From an uncultured virus (IMG/VR IMGVR_UViG_3300018424_000012) (Duplodnaviria; Heunggongvirae; Uroviricota; Caudoviricetes), in the IMG/VR virus record IMGVR_UViG_3300018424_000012: a stretch of DNA of 20,000 bases; one strand, given 5' to 3'. Under the pieces are notes generated by a model, which had not been told where the DNA came from, did no database searches, and saw only the letters and a list, made by a program, of their open reading frames with translations. Positions within the stretch are counted from its first letter, which is position 1. Each line of letters begins with the position of its first letter. A program made the translations under genes and the position numbers. Shown here piece by piece: positions 8,803 through 17,188 of the stretch.

Positions 8803-9141
8803 ATGAATCAAGTGACTGAAAAAAACATCGCTGACTACATTGACTATGTTCATGCAGACTGGATTGACTGGTGTGAACGTGCCGAAATCAACAGTAGTCA
8901 GAAAGATGATATGAAGTGGATTGCTAAAGAAGGTCGAAACTACATTAAGATTATTCAGTGTCGTGGCGATGATGAACGTAGCGTTCACAGTTTCATTGTG
9001 AAGAAAGCAACAAAGAAATTTGTTGAAGGTGATGTGTTGATGGCGGCAGGATGGAATGCTCCTGCTACAAACTTCGCAAGAGCGACAGTGTTCGACACAG
9101 ATAGTTTTGAAGGTCGCATTCGTTGGGCGGGAATCCACTAA
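8803..9141 (+). CDS. conserved phage early hypothetical protein
   Basis: G..YIKI....SVH.FI....GD.L.AA.W.APA...AR motif recurrent in T4-like phages. Confidence 0.85.
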   Translation: MNQVTEKNIADYIDYVHADWIDWCERAEINSSQKDDMKWIAKEGRNYIKIIQCRGDDERSVHSFIVKKATKKFVEGDVLMAAGWNAPATNFARATVFDTDSFEGRIRWAGIH

Positions 9142-9152
9142 GGAGATATATT

Positions 9153-9470
9153 ATGAAACTAGCAGTTATTCACACAGCATTTGAAGAGACACCTCGCACT
9201 GTTGCGTTTGTCGATGTTCCACTTAACACAGTTGAAGCAGGTATCGATGCTTGTCTTGAGTATGCGTATCGCTGGACACAAAACATCAATGACAGTTGGT
9301 CTATGAAAGGTGAACAAGATGGTAACGATAATGTTACTCTTATGGCGCCTCTTCATGTTGACAAAGATGGTAAAGAATGGGGTCTTCGTTCTACATCAGT
9401 CAATGACCAAATCTTATTTGGTAATAAAAAGTATCGCGTAGCATTCGCAGGGTTTGAGGAAGTAACATGA
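9153..9470 (+). CDS. hypothetical protein (YodL-like C-terminal motif)
   Basis: AAGGAG RBS before ATG 9153; GLRSTSVNDQI...Y.VA..GF. Confidence 0.75.
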   Translation: MKLAVIHTAFEETPRTVAFVDVPLNTVEAGIDACLEYAYRWTQNINDSWSMKGEQDGNDNVTLMAPLHVDKDGKEWGLRSTSVNDQILFGNKKYRVAFAGFEEVT

Positions 9471-9667
9471 CATTAGATGAATTGCAAGAATATCTAGATG
9501 TGCTAGAAAATGAAGTTGAACGTAAGATTGAATGGACACTAACCGACCATATATCTCTTGCTGAAGCACGGCGTTATACCGGTGCAATGCAACTCGCAAT
9601 CACTGCACTAAAGACAAAAGTAGATGAACTTGAAATTATTTCCGCTTTTAATGACGAAAATGATTGA
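9467..9667 (+). CDS. hypothetical protein
   Basis: GAGG RBS, ATGA overlap with upstream gene. Confidence 0.75.
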   Translation: MTLDELQEYLDVLENEVERKIEWTLTDHISLAEARRYTGAMQLAITALKTKVDELEIISAFNDEND

Positions 9668-9692
9668 CAAAGTAATTTAACTATGTTATAGT
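9664..9692 (+). promoter_or_regulatory. sigma70 promoter with extended -10
   Basis: TTGACA-17 nt-TATAGT with TG upstream of -10. Confidence 0.8.
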
Positions 9693-9722
9693 ATATACAT
9701 AATGTTGATGAAAGGTAAAATT

Positions 9723-10055
9723 ATGAAGAAGATTTTGATGACTGCCGCTCTTGTATTTACAGCGACAACTGCAAATGCTGGCGACTTAGACAGTTGGAAA
9801 CTTCCTGCAAACAGTGTTTGGAATGATAGCAATACTGCTCTTCAACTTCCGCACGATGTTCGTTACATTTTCAATCAAGGTCTTGACCTTGAGCAAGCGG
9901 CAAGAGCAGTAATTAGCACTGTGATTGATCCGCGCGGTTATAGCGGGAAAGCATATCCTAACGGTAAGCGTCCTAAACTCAACTACAAATTAGGTAACTT
10001 GGGGACTGGTAAATGCTACAGCGATCCAAAAGGCAATGGTATTTACTGCCCTTAA
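9723..10055 (+). CDS. putative secreted protein
   Basis: MKKILMTAALVFTATTANA: Sec signal peptide ending A-N-A; AAGG RBS. Confidence 0.75.
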   Translation: MKKILMTAALVFTATTANAGDLDSWKLPANSVWNDSNTALQLPHDVRYIFNQGLDLEQAARAVISTVIDPRGYSGKAYPNGKRPKLNYKLGNLGTGKCYSDPKGNGIYCP

Positions 10056-10171
10056 TATTCGTACTATCTGGTTGTACTACAACTGAACTTGCAATAGACA
10101 TGTATCAGAGTTGTAAGTACCGAGATAAATGTCCAGTTGAGTTAGTTGGTAATTGGTTGAATGGAGGATAG
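10013..10171 (+). CDS. small putative lipoprotein
   Basis: Not in track: MLQRSKRQWYLLPLIFVLSGCTTTELAIDMYQSCKYRDKCPVELVGNWLNGG, lipobox LSGC, GGGGA RBS. Confidence 0.7.
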   Translation: MLQRSKRQWYLLPLIFVLSGCTTTELAIDMYQSCKYRDKCPVELVGNWLNGG

Positions 10172-10174
10172 ATT

Positions 10175-10702
10175 ATGGATGCACCTTGTGATTATGACCA
10201 ACAGGTCGTATCGAACTGGCAACATACTATTGAAGAAGTTCGTAATATAGACCGAAAAGTTTTTCCTTACATAGATGATACTCGTAAATGTATTATGAAG
10301 TTTGATGTAACCATTGATGGAGTTGAACACTACACTTCAGGTTATTATGTGTTTGGTCCAGACGTTACAGAAAATTATGCATGTGAACAGGCGATGACAA
10401 AAGGTAAGAAAGATATTATTCAACAAGTATCTCCAGAAGTTCTTACTGCTAAAACAGAAATGAATTGTTCATTGAAGCAAGAACAAGAACCTGTAGTGGC
10501 ACAGTCTGATGCATTACCTACACATACACCAATACCTCAACCTGAGGTGCAGATTGTAGAACGAGAAGTAATAGTTCAACAAGCACAACCGGTGATACGA
10601 TTTGTTCCAATCAATGGCAATAGTGGGTACATACAGACGAATCCAGTTGACAAAGCAATATCAAGTGTGGTAGATTTGATAATAGGTAATAACAGATACT
10701 AG
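10175..10702 (+). CDS. hypothetical protein (four Cys, Pro/Gln-rich tail)
   Basis: 175 aa, GGAGG RBS. Confidence 0.8.
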   Translation: MDAPCDYDQQVVSNWQHTIEEVRNIDRKVFPYIDDTRKCIMKFDVTIDGVEHYTSGYYVFGPDVTENYACEQAMTKGKKDIIQQVSPEVLTAKTEMNCSLKQEQEPVVAQSDALPTHTPIPQPEVQIVEREVIVQQAQPVIRFVPINGNSGYIQTNPVDKAISSVVDLIIGNNRY

Positions 10703-10708
10703 GAGTTT

Positions 10709-10855
10709 ATGATGAAGTATTTGGTGGGTTTTATTTTGGGTGCAGTTGTTATTTACAACTTTCCTGAATTGATGACGAACATTGATCCGATGGGTTGGTT
10801 CGTTGATAGTGGTCTTCGTGACCAAACTGTTGAAGTGCTAGAAGGAGTGAAATAG
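10709..10855 (+). CDS. small membrane protein
   Basis: Not in track: MMKYLVGFILGAVVIYNFPEL...; AGGAG RBS; 48 aa. Confidence 0.7.
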   Translation: MMKYLVGFILGAVVIYNFPELMTNIDPMGWFVDSGLRDQTVEVLEGVK

Positions 10856-11511
10856 TGAAACAGTATATTATGATGGGTACCGCATGTCTTGCACTTGCGG
10901 CGTGTAGTTCTAACGATGTGAAGGTTGCTGGTACTGCACCGCCTAATACAGTTGATGTTGCATCGTATGAATATAAAGCAAATGTTGTACAAGACAATGT
11001 TGCAGTAATTCCTAAATGGTTTACAGAGATGCCAGAGAGTGACAAAGCAATCTATGCAGTAGGCACTACAGCATCACCAGACTTGCAGTTGTCTTTTGAC
11101 ATGGCAGTTCTGAATGCAAAGACTACTCTTGCTGACCGTATCAATGGTCGTGTTCGTAGTCAGACAAAATCATTTATGTCAAAGATTGGTTCTGATGAAA
11201 CTGATACTGCCGTACTCTCGGAGATTGAAAAGACTACTAGCAATCTAATTGCTGATGTAGATGTTGCTGGTTATAAAGTTGCTGAGAGTAAGGTTGTATC
11301 TAGTGGCACACAGTATCGTGTCTATGTACTACTTGAGTATTCCGATTTGCAAGCGCAGAAGATTTTGCTGAACCGCTTGCGTAAAGACCGCATCTTACTT
11401 TCAAAGATTTCTGCTACGAATGCATACAAAGAACTTGATTCCGCAGTAGAAGCACAAAATGAGCAAGATGCAATTGAAGATAAAACTGTCACGGAGATTT
11501 TGACACAATGA
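10855..11511 (+). CDS. lipoprotein, LPP20-like
   Basis: GTG start, lipobox LAAC; IP.WF...IYAVGT..S.DLQ...D.A...AK..LA pattern. Confidence 0.8.
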   Translation: MKQYIMMGTACLALAACSSNDVKVAGTAPPNTVDVASYEYKANVVQDNVAVIPKWFTEMPESDKAIYAVGTTASPDLQLSFDMAVLNAKTTLADRINGRVRSQTKSFMSKIGSDETDTAVLSEIEKTTSNLIADVDVAGYKVAESKVVSSGTQYRVYVLLEYSDLQAQKILLNRLRKDRILLSKISATNAYKELDSAVEAQNEQDAIEDKTVTEILTQ

Positions 11512-11729
11512 GTAATCAACGTCCAGGTAAATATCAAAGCAAAGCAATGTTCAATGATAACGGCGCAATGCTAAGACAAGCAATTGCATTTGCTAGAGAT
11601 GCTCAAGAAGCACTAGAACGTCAAGGTGAAGAGGACTCTGCTTTTTACTTTGAGCAATTGAAAGATTGGTTGACAGAAAATCCTGGTAAAGGGTTTAGAG
11701 AGAGTGCATCTAAAATCTTAGGATTATAA
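11508..11729 (+). CDS. hypothetical protein
   Basis: ATGA overlap, GGAG RBS. Confidence 0.75.
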   Translation: MSNQRPGKYQSKAMFNDNGAMLRQAIAFARDAQEALERQGEEDSAFYFEQLKDWLTENPGKGFRESASKILGL

Positions 11730-11743
11730 CATAGAGGTGATAA

Positions 11744-11932
11744 ATGCAACATAAAATATCAGACTTATGTGATAAGATAAATGTTATCTACGAGAAATCA
11801 ATGAACCTTCGTAGATTGAAATACGATACACCAAAAACCGAACAGAATGCTGAACTCATTCAGTTTATGATTGATGATATTCAGAGTATGTGTCGAATGA
11901 TTGGTGCTGATACAAATAAGTATCAGAAGTAA
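11744..11932 (+). CDS. hypothetical protein
   Basis: GGAGGTG-like RBS (AGAGGTG), 62 aa. Confidence 0.7.
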   Translation: MQHKISDLCDKINVIYEKSMNLRRLKYDTPKTEQNAELIQFMIDDIQSMCRMIGADTNKYQK

Positions 11933-11938
11933 AAGTAT

Positions 11939-12015
11939 CTGCCCGTAGTTCAGTTGGATAGAACAACGGATTTCTAATCCGTAGGTCGTGGGTTCGAATC
12001 CTACCGGGCAGGCCA
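11939..12015 (+). tRNA. tRNA-Arg(UCU)
   Basis: Acceptor CTGCCCG/CGGGCAG, anticodon arm ACGGA-TTTCTAA-TCCGT, GGTTCGAATCC T-arm, encoded CCA. Confidence 0.95.
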
Positions 12016-12018
12016 ATT

Positions 12019-12093
12019 CTTGCGGTGGCAGAAAGGTGATGCGACAGATTGCAAATCTGTTCTATGGAGGTTCGAATCCTCTCCGCAAGTCCA
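12019..12093 (+). tRNA. tRNA-Cys(GCA)
   Basis: Acceptor CTTGCGG/CCGCAAG, ACAGA-TTGCAAA-TCTGT, U discriminator, CCA. Confidence 0.93.
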
Positions 12094-12107
12094 TACGAGG
12101 AAATAAA

Positions 12108-12428
12108 ATGAGTGAAAATAGGTTCGGTAAAACCCGATTTGATTTAGAACATGCGATGAGTGATATTCGCAGTACAGCAACAGACATACAAACCGTTGCG
12201 GATATGATGTATGATAGTAGTCTCATTTATACTGAAGACCGCACACACACCGTTCTGAGTGGTCTAGCAGAAGTATTAGAAGCAAAGTGTGAGAATGCTG
12301 AGATTATTTTTAAGCAAGTCTTCGAACTAGATGAGTATGCTCCTCAATATTATAAAGATGAAGATGGATGTTTGCGTTGGCGAGATACAGACCAACCATT
12401 AGAAAGTCAGTTGTGGGATAAAGTTTAA
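12108..12428 (+). CDS. hypothetical protein within tRNA cluster
   Basis: GAGG RBS before ATG 12108 (MSENRFGK...); track start 11988 overlaps tRNAs. Confidence 0.75.
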   Translation: MSENRFGKTRFDLEHAMSDIRSTATDIQTVADMMYDSSLIYTEDRTHTVLSGLAEVLEAKCENAEIIFKQVFELDEYAPQYYKDEDGCLRWRDTDQPLESQLWDKV

Positions 12429-12505
12429 CGGAGATTAGCGCAGTCTGGTAGCGCATCTGCTTTGGGAGCAGAGGGTCGTTGGTTCGAATCCAGCATCTCC
12501 GACCA
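12429..12505 (+). tRNA. tRNA-Pro(UGG)
   Basis: Acceptor CGGAGAT/ATCTCCG, TCTGC-TTTGGGA-GCAGA, GGTTCGAATCC, CCA. Confidence 0.95.
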
Positions 12506-12509
12506 ATTT

Positions 12510-12584
12510 GCCGATGTAGCACAATGGTAGTGCAACTGATTTGTAATCAGTAGGTTGGGAGTTCAAATCTCTCCATCGGCACCA
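12510..12584 (+). tRNA. tRNA-Thr(UGU)
   Basis: Acceptor GCCGATG/CATCGGC, ACTGA-TTTGTAA-TCAGT, GTTCAAATC, CCA. Confidence 0.95.
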
Positions 12585-12606
12585 TTCTGGAAGGATATAT
12601 AATAAC

Positions 12607-13098
12607 ATGATACAATTTGTTGATAATCTTTTCACTAAGAATGAAGTTGAACTATTCTATAGAGAAGTGAAAGAGTTGCCGTATAATATCAATACAACAG
12701 ATGATGGCGCCTTTCAATCTGGAGCATCAGCACCTGTTCCATATGAATGGAAGTTTCATGATTTGATGTTGAATGGAATATTTAAAGCATGGCCAGAGTT
12801 AAGAGAATTAGATTTATATGATTGTCATACTAATTGCTTTTGGCCTGGAGAACATACGCAATTTCATCGTGACAATCAAATAGAAGGTTCTGTTACTGTA
12901 ATATGTTATGTCGATAATAATGAATTTTATGAGGGTGGTACAGAAGTATTGTTTGAAGATGAAAAAAGGGTTGAAAGCATTCTGCCAATACCTGGACGAA
13001 TAATGCGTATGCCGGGCAATCAACTCCATAGAGGAACATCTTATCGTGATAAGAAAAGACTTAACGTAGCATTTAAATTTAGACCACATGATGATTGA
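12607..13098 (+). CDS. 2OG-Fe(II) oxygenase (prolyl-hydroxylase-like)
   Basis: H.D (FHRD), GGT, PGR, distal H (LHRG), R..VAFK. Confidence 0.85.
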   Translation: MIQFVDNLFTKNEVELFYREVKELPYNINTTDDGAFQSGASAPVPYEWKFHDLMLNGIFKAWPELRELDLYDCHTNCFWPGEHTQFHRDNQIEGSVTVICYVDNNEFYEGGTEVLFEDEKRVESILPIPGRIMRMPGNQLHRGTSYRDKKRLNVAFKFRPHDD

Positions 13099-13750
13099 AC
13101 AAAAAAATTATGATGCCAGTTTACTCTGGTTAAAAAAATATATTGATGAGAACTGTATTGTTCGTGGACAATACATGAAAGGTAAAGTACCAGGTACAAA
13201 TTATACTTGGTGCTTCTATCTTCGTAAAGGTCTATACAATCCTGAATTCAATAAGCACTTGACAATTTGTTTCTTATATAAGATACAAGAAGAGATAGGT
13301 CACTTCAACTTTCAGATGTCTGGTCTAGAGACTGCCGCAACACCTATGATAACTTCTATACCAATCTATGCTAAACATTTATTAGACTTAGATATACACT
13401 CTTTTATATTTCGAAAAGCACCAAAAGAATATGGATTAGAAGAACCTTGGGAAGGTACGCCTAAGTTTGATATGCCTGTACTTCTGTGTGATGACTTAGC
13501 AAACTCAACAATGTCTTTGAAGATTGCTTCGGATATCTGCAGAAACTATGATATTCCTAAAATGCAATATGCATTTGTTGTAGTCAATAAAGTCAATCGT
13601 AGTTATTATGATATGGGATTACCAGAAGAAAGATATAGTGTGAAAGAACATGAACTGAGACAGATGCATGATATGTATCTAGACCCTAGTGTAAAAATAA
13701 TTAGTTTATTCGATATGGATGAATTTAATCTGAAAGGAGCAAGTCATTGA
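13088..13750 (+). CDS. phosphoribosyltransferase-like protein (orotate PRTase-like fold)
   Basis: GLETAATP, RK..KEYG, VLLCDDLANST degenerate PRPP-binding loop. Confidence 0.7.
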   Translation: MMIEQKNYDASLLWLKKYIDENCIVRGQYMKGKVPGTNYTWCFYLRKGLYNPEFNKHLTICFLYKIQEEIGHFNFQMSGLETAATPMITSIPIYAKHLLDLDIHSFIFRKAPKEYGLEEPWEGTPKFDMPVLLCDDLANSTMSLKIASDICRNYDIPKMQYAFVVVNKVNRSYYDMGLPEERYSVKEHELRQMHDMYLDPSVKIISLFDMDEFNLKGASH

Positions 13751-14313
13751 ACCATTTTAAACTCGCTGAAAATCTAAATGTTCTACCAATGCTCAAAGAA
13801 GTAGCAATGCAATGGGATGACTTTAACTTAGAAACCGGTAGACAAGATACTATCGAATGTCAACGCATGACACAAAGCATTAATCTAAGAAAAGCAAAAC
13901 TACATAACTTGCATATTAATGATACTCACACAACAACCGATACTGAAACTTATGCGCGATATCCAAAAGTGAGAGAGTTTATGAATTGGTTTGTAGAACA
14001 GTACGGCGGTGAAGTATATCGTATTGCTATTGTACACTTACCTAAAGATGGTGTAGTAGATGCACACATTGATGAAGGTCAGTACTATGCAGACAAAGAT
14101 AGATTTCATTTAGTTCTATCTGGTTACTATGAAAATATAGTCATCACTCCACCTCAACTTAATACTGAGTTTGAGGGTGATGAAATTGAACTATACTCTG
14201 CTGGAGAGTTGTGGTGGTTCAATAATAAAGAAACTCATCATGTAGAAAACAAATCTGAACTATCCCGCATTTCAATTATTTTTGATGTAAAGAATTCAAA
14301 ATGGCGCGGATAA
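13747..14313 (+). CDS. aspartyl/asparaginyl beta-hydroxylase domain protein
   Basis: TTG start with AAGGAG; HIDEG.YY...DRFH, GELWWFNNK..H.V.N....RI..IFD. Confidence 0.85.
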   Translation: MNHFKLAENLNVLPMLKEVAMQWDDFNLETGRQDTIECQRMTQSINLRKAKLHNLHINDTHTTTDTETYARYPKVREFMNWFVEQYGGEVYRIAIVHLPKDGVVDAHIDEGQYYADKDRFHLVLSGYYENIVITPPQLNTEFEGDEIELYSAGELWWFNNKETHHVENKSELSRISIIFDVKNSKWRG

Positions 14314-14390
14314 AAACAAAAAAAAATAAACTTTTTTTCTAAGTCCTTGTTTTTACAAGGATTTTTTTTTATTTTTTATGTGGATTTCTA

Positions 14391-14419
14391 TTGACATTAG
14401 TGTAAAAGTAGGGTATATT
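14391..14419 (+). promoter_or_regulatory. early sigma70 promoter
   Basis: TTGACA-17 nt-TATATT, T/A tracts upstream. Confidence 0.85.
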
Positions 14420-14460
14420 ATATAAGTAAGATGAGTTGAAAGAGAGAAAGAGAGATTGAT

Positions 14461-14721
14461 ATGACTTGTTTCCTTGATGCCCTTGAGAAAAAGATTGTTG
14501 TTTATAAAGATGTCGGTCATGAAGTTGGTCGGGCGAAAACCGCAAAGATGTTGAAATACATTCTTGAGACCCACAAGTTGACTGAAGAGACCTTCTACTA
14601 CGGAAGCACTATGGACTTCGCTGATGAAGAAGGGTTCGCCCACTACGATGATGCTAAGAAGATTGTCGATGAGTGTTTTGAAATGATTAAGTGTGATAAA
14701 GTTGCTGAGGAGTTAGCATAA
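14461..14721 (+). CDS. hypothetical early protein
   Basis: First ORF after promoter; STMDFA.E.GF motif. Confidence 0.8.
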   Translation: MTCFLDALEKKIVVYKDVGHEVGRAKTAKMLKYILETHKLTEETFYYGSTMDFADEEGFAHYDDAKKIVDECFEMIKCDKVAEELA

Positions 14722-14888
14722 TGATTGAATTTAAAATTACTACTTTCGATGTTGCAGGTAAAGCAATTGCCGAAACTATTCGTAACACTAAAGAAGGACT
14801 TGATAATGTTCTTGCTGAAGTTGTCAAAGATATGAATGACACTACTACAGCAGTTGACTTCTTTACTGTAGAGGAGCGCACAATATGA
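14721..14888 (+). CDS. hypothetical protein
   Basis: Not in track: MIEFKITTFDVAGK... 55 aa, GAGGAG RBS. Confidence 0.7.
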   Translation: MIEFKITTFDVAGKAIAETIRNTKEGLDNVLAEVVKDMNDTTTAVDFFTVEERTI

Positions 14889-15064
14889 ATATCGATCCAA
14901 AATTCAAAGCATTCATGGACAACATGTGGTCCGTGTCTGAAATCAATGGCGTCAAAGTTATCGCCCGTCACTTAGGGTTCGGCGCGTTGCCTGATATCAA
15001 GTTCACTATGGAAGATGGAAGTTTCATCAGTGCAAAAAAACTGTGGGAGGAAGTTAATGTTTAG
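14885..15064 (+). CDS. hypothetical protein
   Basis: Not in track: MNIDPKFKAFMDNMW... 59 aa, GAGGAG RBS, ATGA overlap. Confidence 0.7.
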   Translation: MNIDPKFKAFMDNMWSVSEINGVKVIARHLGFGALPDIKFTMEDGSFISAKKLWEEVNV

Positions 15065-15314
15065 TGCTTTCAAAAAAGGAGACTGGTTGAAACTGAAAGG
15101 TATCACCCGTCATGGAAAGAACCGTATTCAACAACACGGTGATTGGTGGGAGATAGATGCAGTAGGTACCTTTAATGGTTTTACTGCAGTCCGTCTAAAT
15201 AGTCGTAACGAGACTTTCAACATCGGTAAAGGTCATAAGTGTCGTGACCAGCGATGGGTGCATATAAAGGACGACAAAGACTTTGAGGCAATCGCACATG
15301 CAGTCAGTCATTGA
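15057..15314 (+). CDS. hypothetical protein
   Basis: GGAGG RBS before ATG 15057; LKG.TRHGKNRI.QHG..W motif. Confidence 0.78.
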   Translation: MFSAFKKGDWLKLKGITRHGKNRIQQHGDWWEIDAVGTFNGFTAVRLNSRNETFNIGKGHKCRDQRWVHIKDDKDFEAIAHAVSH

Positions 15315-15423
15315 TAAAATACTTCATCCGATTGAACATACTGTTCTTCGGTTCGTCCATGAGCATCCGTATCAAACCATTGCACTAATAGCAATACTAA
15401 CCTTTATGAGGAACTTCATATGA
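15298..15423 (+). CDS. small hypothetical protein
   Basis: Not in track: MQSVIDKILHPIEH... 41 aa, GAGG RBS, fills gap. Confidence 0.55.
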   Translation: MQSVIDKILHPIEHTVLRFVHEHPYQTIALIAILTFMRNFI

Positions 15424-15692
15424 AATTTTCAGATTTAAACTTTCATGAATTGTATGACGGCGTTCAAGCAGTCATGGGTATAGGCGACTATGAGTTGTCG
15501 GTTGTTAAACATTCTAGTTCTTATGGTGGCAAGCAAGGTCTCTATGAGATTATGGTATCTGATGGCATCAATGGTGTCTCACTACCTGGCATCACAAATG
15601 ATGGCGATAGTGTAAAAGGATACTTGACAGAAGATGATGTTTCATCTATAATGAAGAAACTAGCAATGGTAAAAGGACCATATGATGAGTGA
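15420..15692 (+). CDS. conserved phage hypothetical protein
   Basis: Y..SVV....SYGG..GLYEI...D.V.G.LT...V motif. Confidence 0.82.
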   Translation: MKFSDLNFHELYDGVQAVMGIGDYELSVVKHSSSYGGKQGLYEIMVSDGINGVSLPGITNDGDSVKGYLTEDDVSSIMKKLAMVKGPYDE

Positions 15693-15780
15693 TTATATTG
15701 CAGTAAGAATGGCACAAGTTTTTCTTGTAGTCGTTTTTCTAATGGGCGTAGTCGCCTTTGTCGAGGACTTTGTATTATGA
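15682..15780 (+). CDS. small membrane peptide
   Basis: Not in track: MMSDYIAVRMAQVFLVVVFLMGVVAFVEDFVL; AAGGA RBS. Confidence 0.6.
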   Translation: MMSDYIAVRMAQVFLVVVFLMGVVAFVEDFVL

Positions 15781-16031
15781 GTAAGAAGCAATACACTTTA
15801 ATGATTGACCCTACGCCCCAAGGTTGGGCATATGGGTTTCCTAAAGCACTACCGAAAGAAGCGGTAGGCGGAACTGGTCATGACTTGTTTATTCTCACTA
15901 GTTTTGATTTGACAAAGTGGGTAGTAGAGCAAGGATATCCTGAAGAGAGTTTTCAGCATTATCGACTGTTCGTGCAAGAAGTCGAATACTTCGATGAGTA
16001 TTATCAACCAGCAGGAGATGTGCAACTATGA
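15777..16031 (+). CDS. hypothetical protein
   Basis: GAGG RBS; IDP...GW.YGFPK motif. Confidence 0.78.
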   Translation: MSKKQYTLMIDPTPQGWAYGFPKALPKEAVGGTGHDLFILTSFDLTKWVVEQGYPEESFQHYRLFVQEVEYFDEYYQPAGDVQL

Positions 16032-16216
16032 GTTATAAGTTTATTCAAGAAACACCTGAGGCACATAAACCATTTACAGCAACACATAGAATTGAATTCA
16101 CTGTTCAAGATGAAGCATCACTAGATGAGATGTTGGAATCGTTCTCATATTTTCTGAGAGCAAGCGGTTATCATATTGATGGTCGCATAGATGTGGTGCC
16201 TGACGATGAAACTTGA
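16028..16216 (+). CDS. hypothetical protein
   Basis: AGGAG RBS; L.E....F..FLR..GY motif. Confidence 0.78.
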   Translation: MSYKFIQETPEAHKPFTATHRIEFTVQDEASLDEMLESFSYFLRASGYHIDGRIDVVPDDET

Positions 16217-16388
16217 TATCAACAGACTAGGGCATGAGCAATACATGCGGTGGTTGGATAAGCGAGACATTCTTATCACGAACACAGTTCAACAATTGAG
16301 AACTCTAGAAAGAGAATATGATATTCCACAGACAGAGTTACAAGAAATTTATCGACAGATATCGGAGAGATATGAAAAAACTAACTGA
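16206..16388 (+). CDS. hypothetical protein
   Basis: Overlapping start/stop with neighbours; MKLDINRL... Confidence 0.65.
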   Translation: MKLDINRLGHEQYMRWLDKRDILITNTVQQLRTLEREYDIPQTELQEIYRQISERYEKTN

Positions 16389-16641
16389 AGAAATCACATT
16401 GATTAAGACACAAGGTCTCACTTGGTGGATTAAGTGGATGGCAACTATCATTGTCATCATTGCAGTCATGTGTCGGTCAGTAGAAGAAGTGCCTCGTATC
16501 TATGACCAAGTGTTCAGTCTGATAGGAACACTGATGTGGTTATGGGTCGGACTGCAATGGAAAGACCGAGCATTGACAGTATTGAATTCAGTTCTTGTCT
16601 TCGTATTAGGCGTTGGTGTACTTAGATATATATTCTCATAG
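16372..16641 (+). CDS. three-helix membrane protein
   Basis: GGAG RBS before ATG 16372; W.IKW.AT...W.WVG..W.DRAL..LN, three hydrophobic segments. Confidence 0.8.
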   Translation: MKKLTEEITLIKTQGLTWWIKWMATIIVIIAVMCRSVEEVPRIYDQVFSLIGTLMWLWVGLQWKDRALTVLNSVLVFVLGVGVLRYIFS

Positions 16642-16647
16642 GAGTTG

Positions 16648-16941
16648 ATGATGGTATGGATTAAAAAATTCAAAAACGATATTCGTGATTACATTGTGCA
16701 AGAAAAAGAAGTTGAGATGAGAGCAGTAGAAGTACCATCTTATCTTGAAGTGCAACAAGATTATAACTTATCTCAAAGATATGAAATAGTACTCATGCAA
16801 TACACAGATGAAATAACAGGTAAGCAATCATACTTCTGGTATGATGAACAAAATAAAGCAGAACTCAGTCCTAAGTTTGTGGCAAGACAGTTAGCAGAAA
16901 TGTGGATGAAAGAACGAGAAGAAAAATATGGCAAAGTATAG
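16648..16941 (+). CDS. hypothetical protein (SPxF paralog 1)
   Basis: AGGAG RBS; ELSPKF...A..W. Confidence 0.75.
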   Translation: MMVWIKKFKNDIRDYIVQEKEVEMRAVEVPSYLEVQQDYNLSQRYEIVLMQYTDEITGKQSYFWYDEQNKAELSPKFVARQLAEMWMKEREEKYGKV

Positions 16942-17188
16942 TAACTACGGATCAACAGTTAAAAATAATCTAGAAGAAGCATTTCGTGGTATTGAACAGT
17001 TCGCAGTCAATACTGCAGACACAGAAGACTTAGTAACGCAACTAGTCGTGCGTATGGGATGCTGGTTTGAAGATCCGGAACCTCAGTTCGATGACTACTT
17101 CTCTCGGTGTAATCAAAAGCAGTTAGAAGTATCGTATCGCTATCTACGAGAACTTGATAGAAAGTTTAGAGTATTGAACGATGAGTGA
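16928..17188 (+). CDS. hypothetical protein
   Basis: 86 aa, tightly overlapping neighbours. Confidence 0.72.
   Translation: MAKYSNYGSTVKNNLEEAFRGIEQFAVNTADTEDLVTQLVVRMGCWFEDPEPQFDDYFSRCNQKQLEVSYRYLRELDRKFRVLNDE

Noticed and set aside
8620..9138. 172 aa minus-strand ORF and similar antisense ORFs (e.g. 127-390, 2798-3067, 17491-17865)
   Set aside because: Antisense to well-supported genes and crossing promoters
11798..12635. Track ORFs 11798-12016(-), 12310-12522(-), 12435-12635(-) and the 11988 start
   Set aside because: Shadows of the tRNA genes (GFEP-type translations of T-arms)
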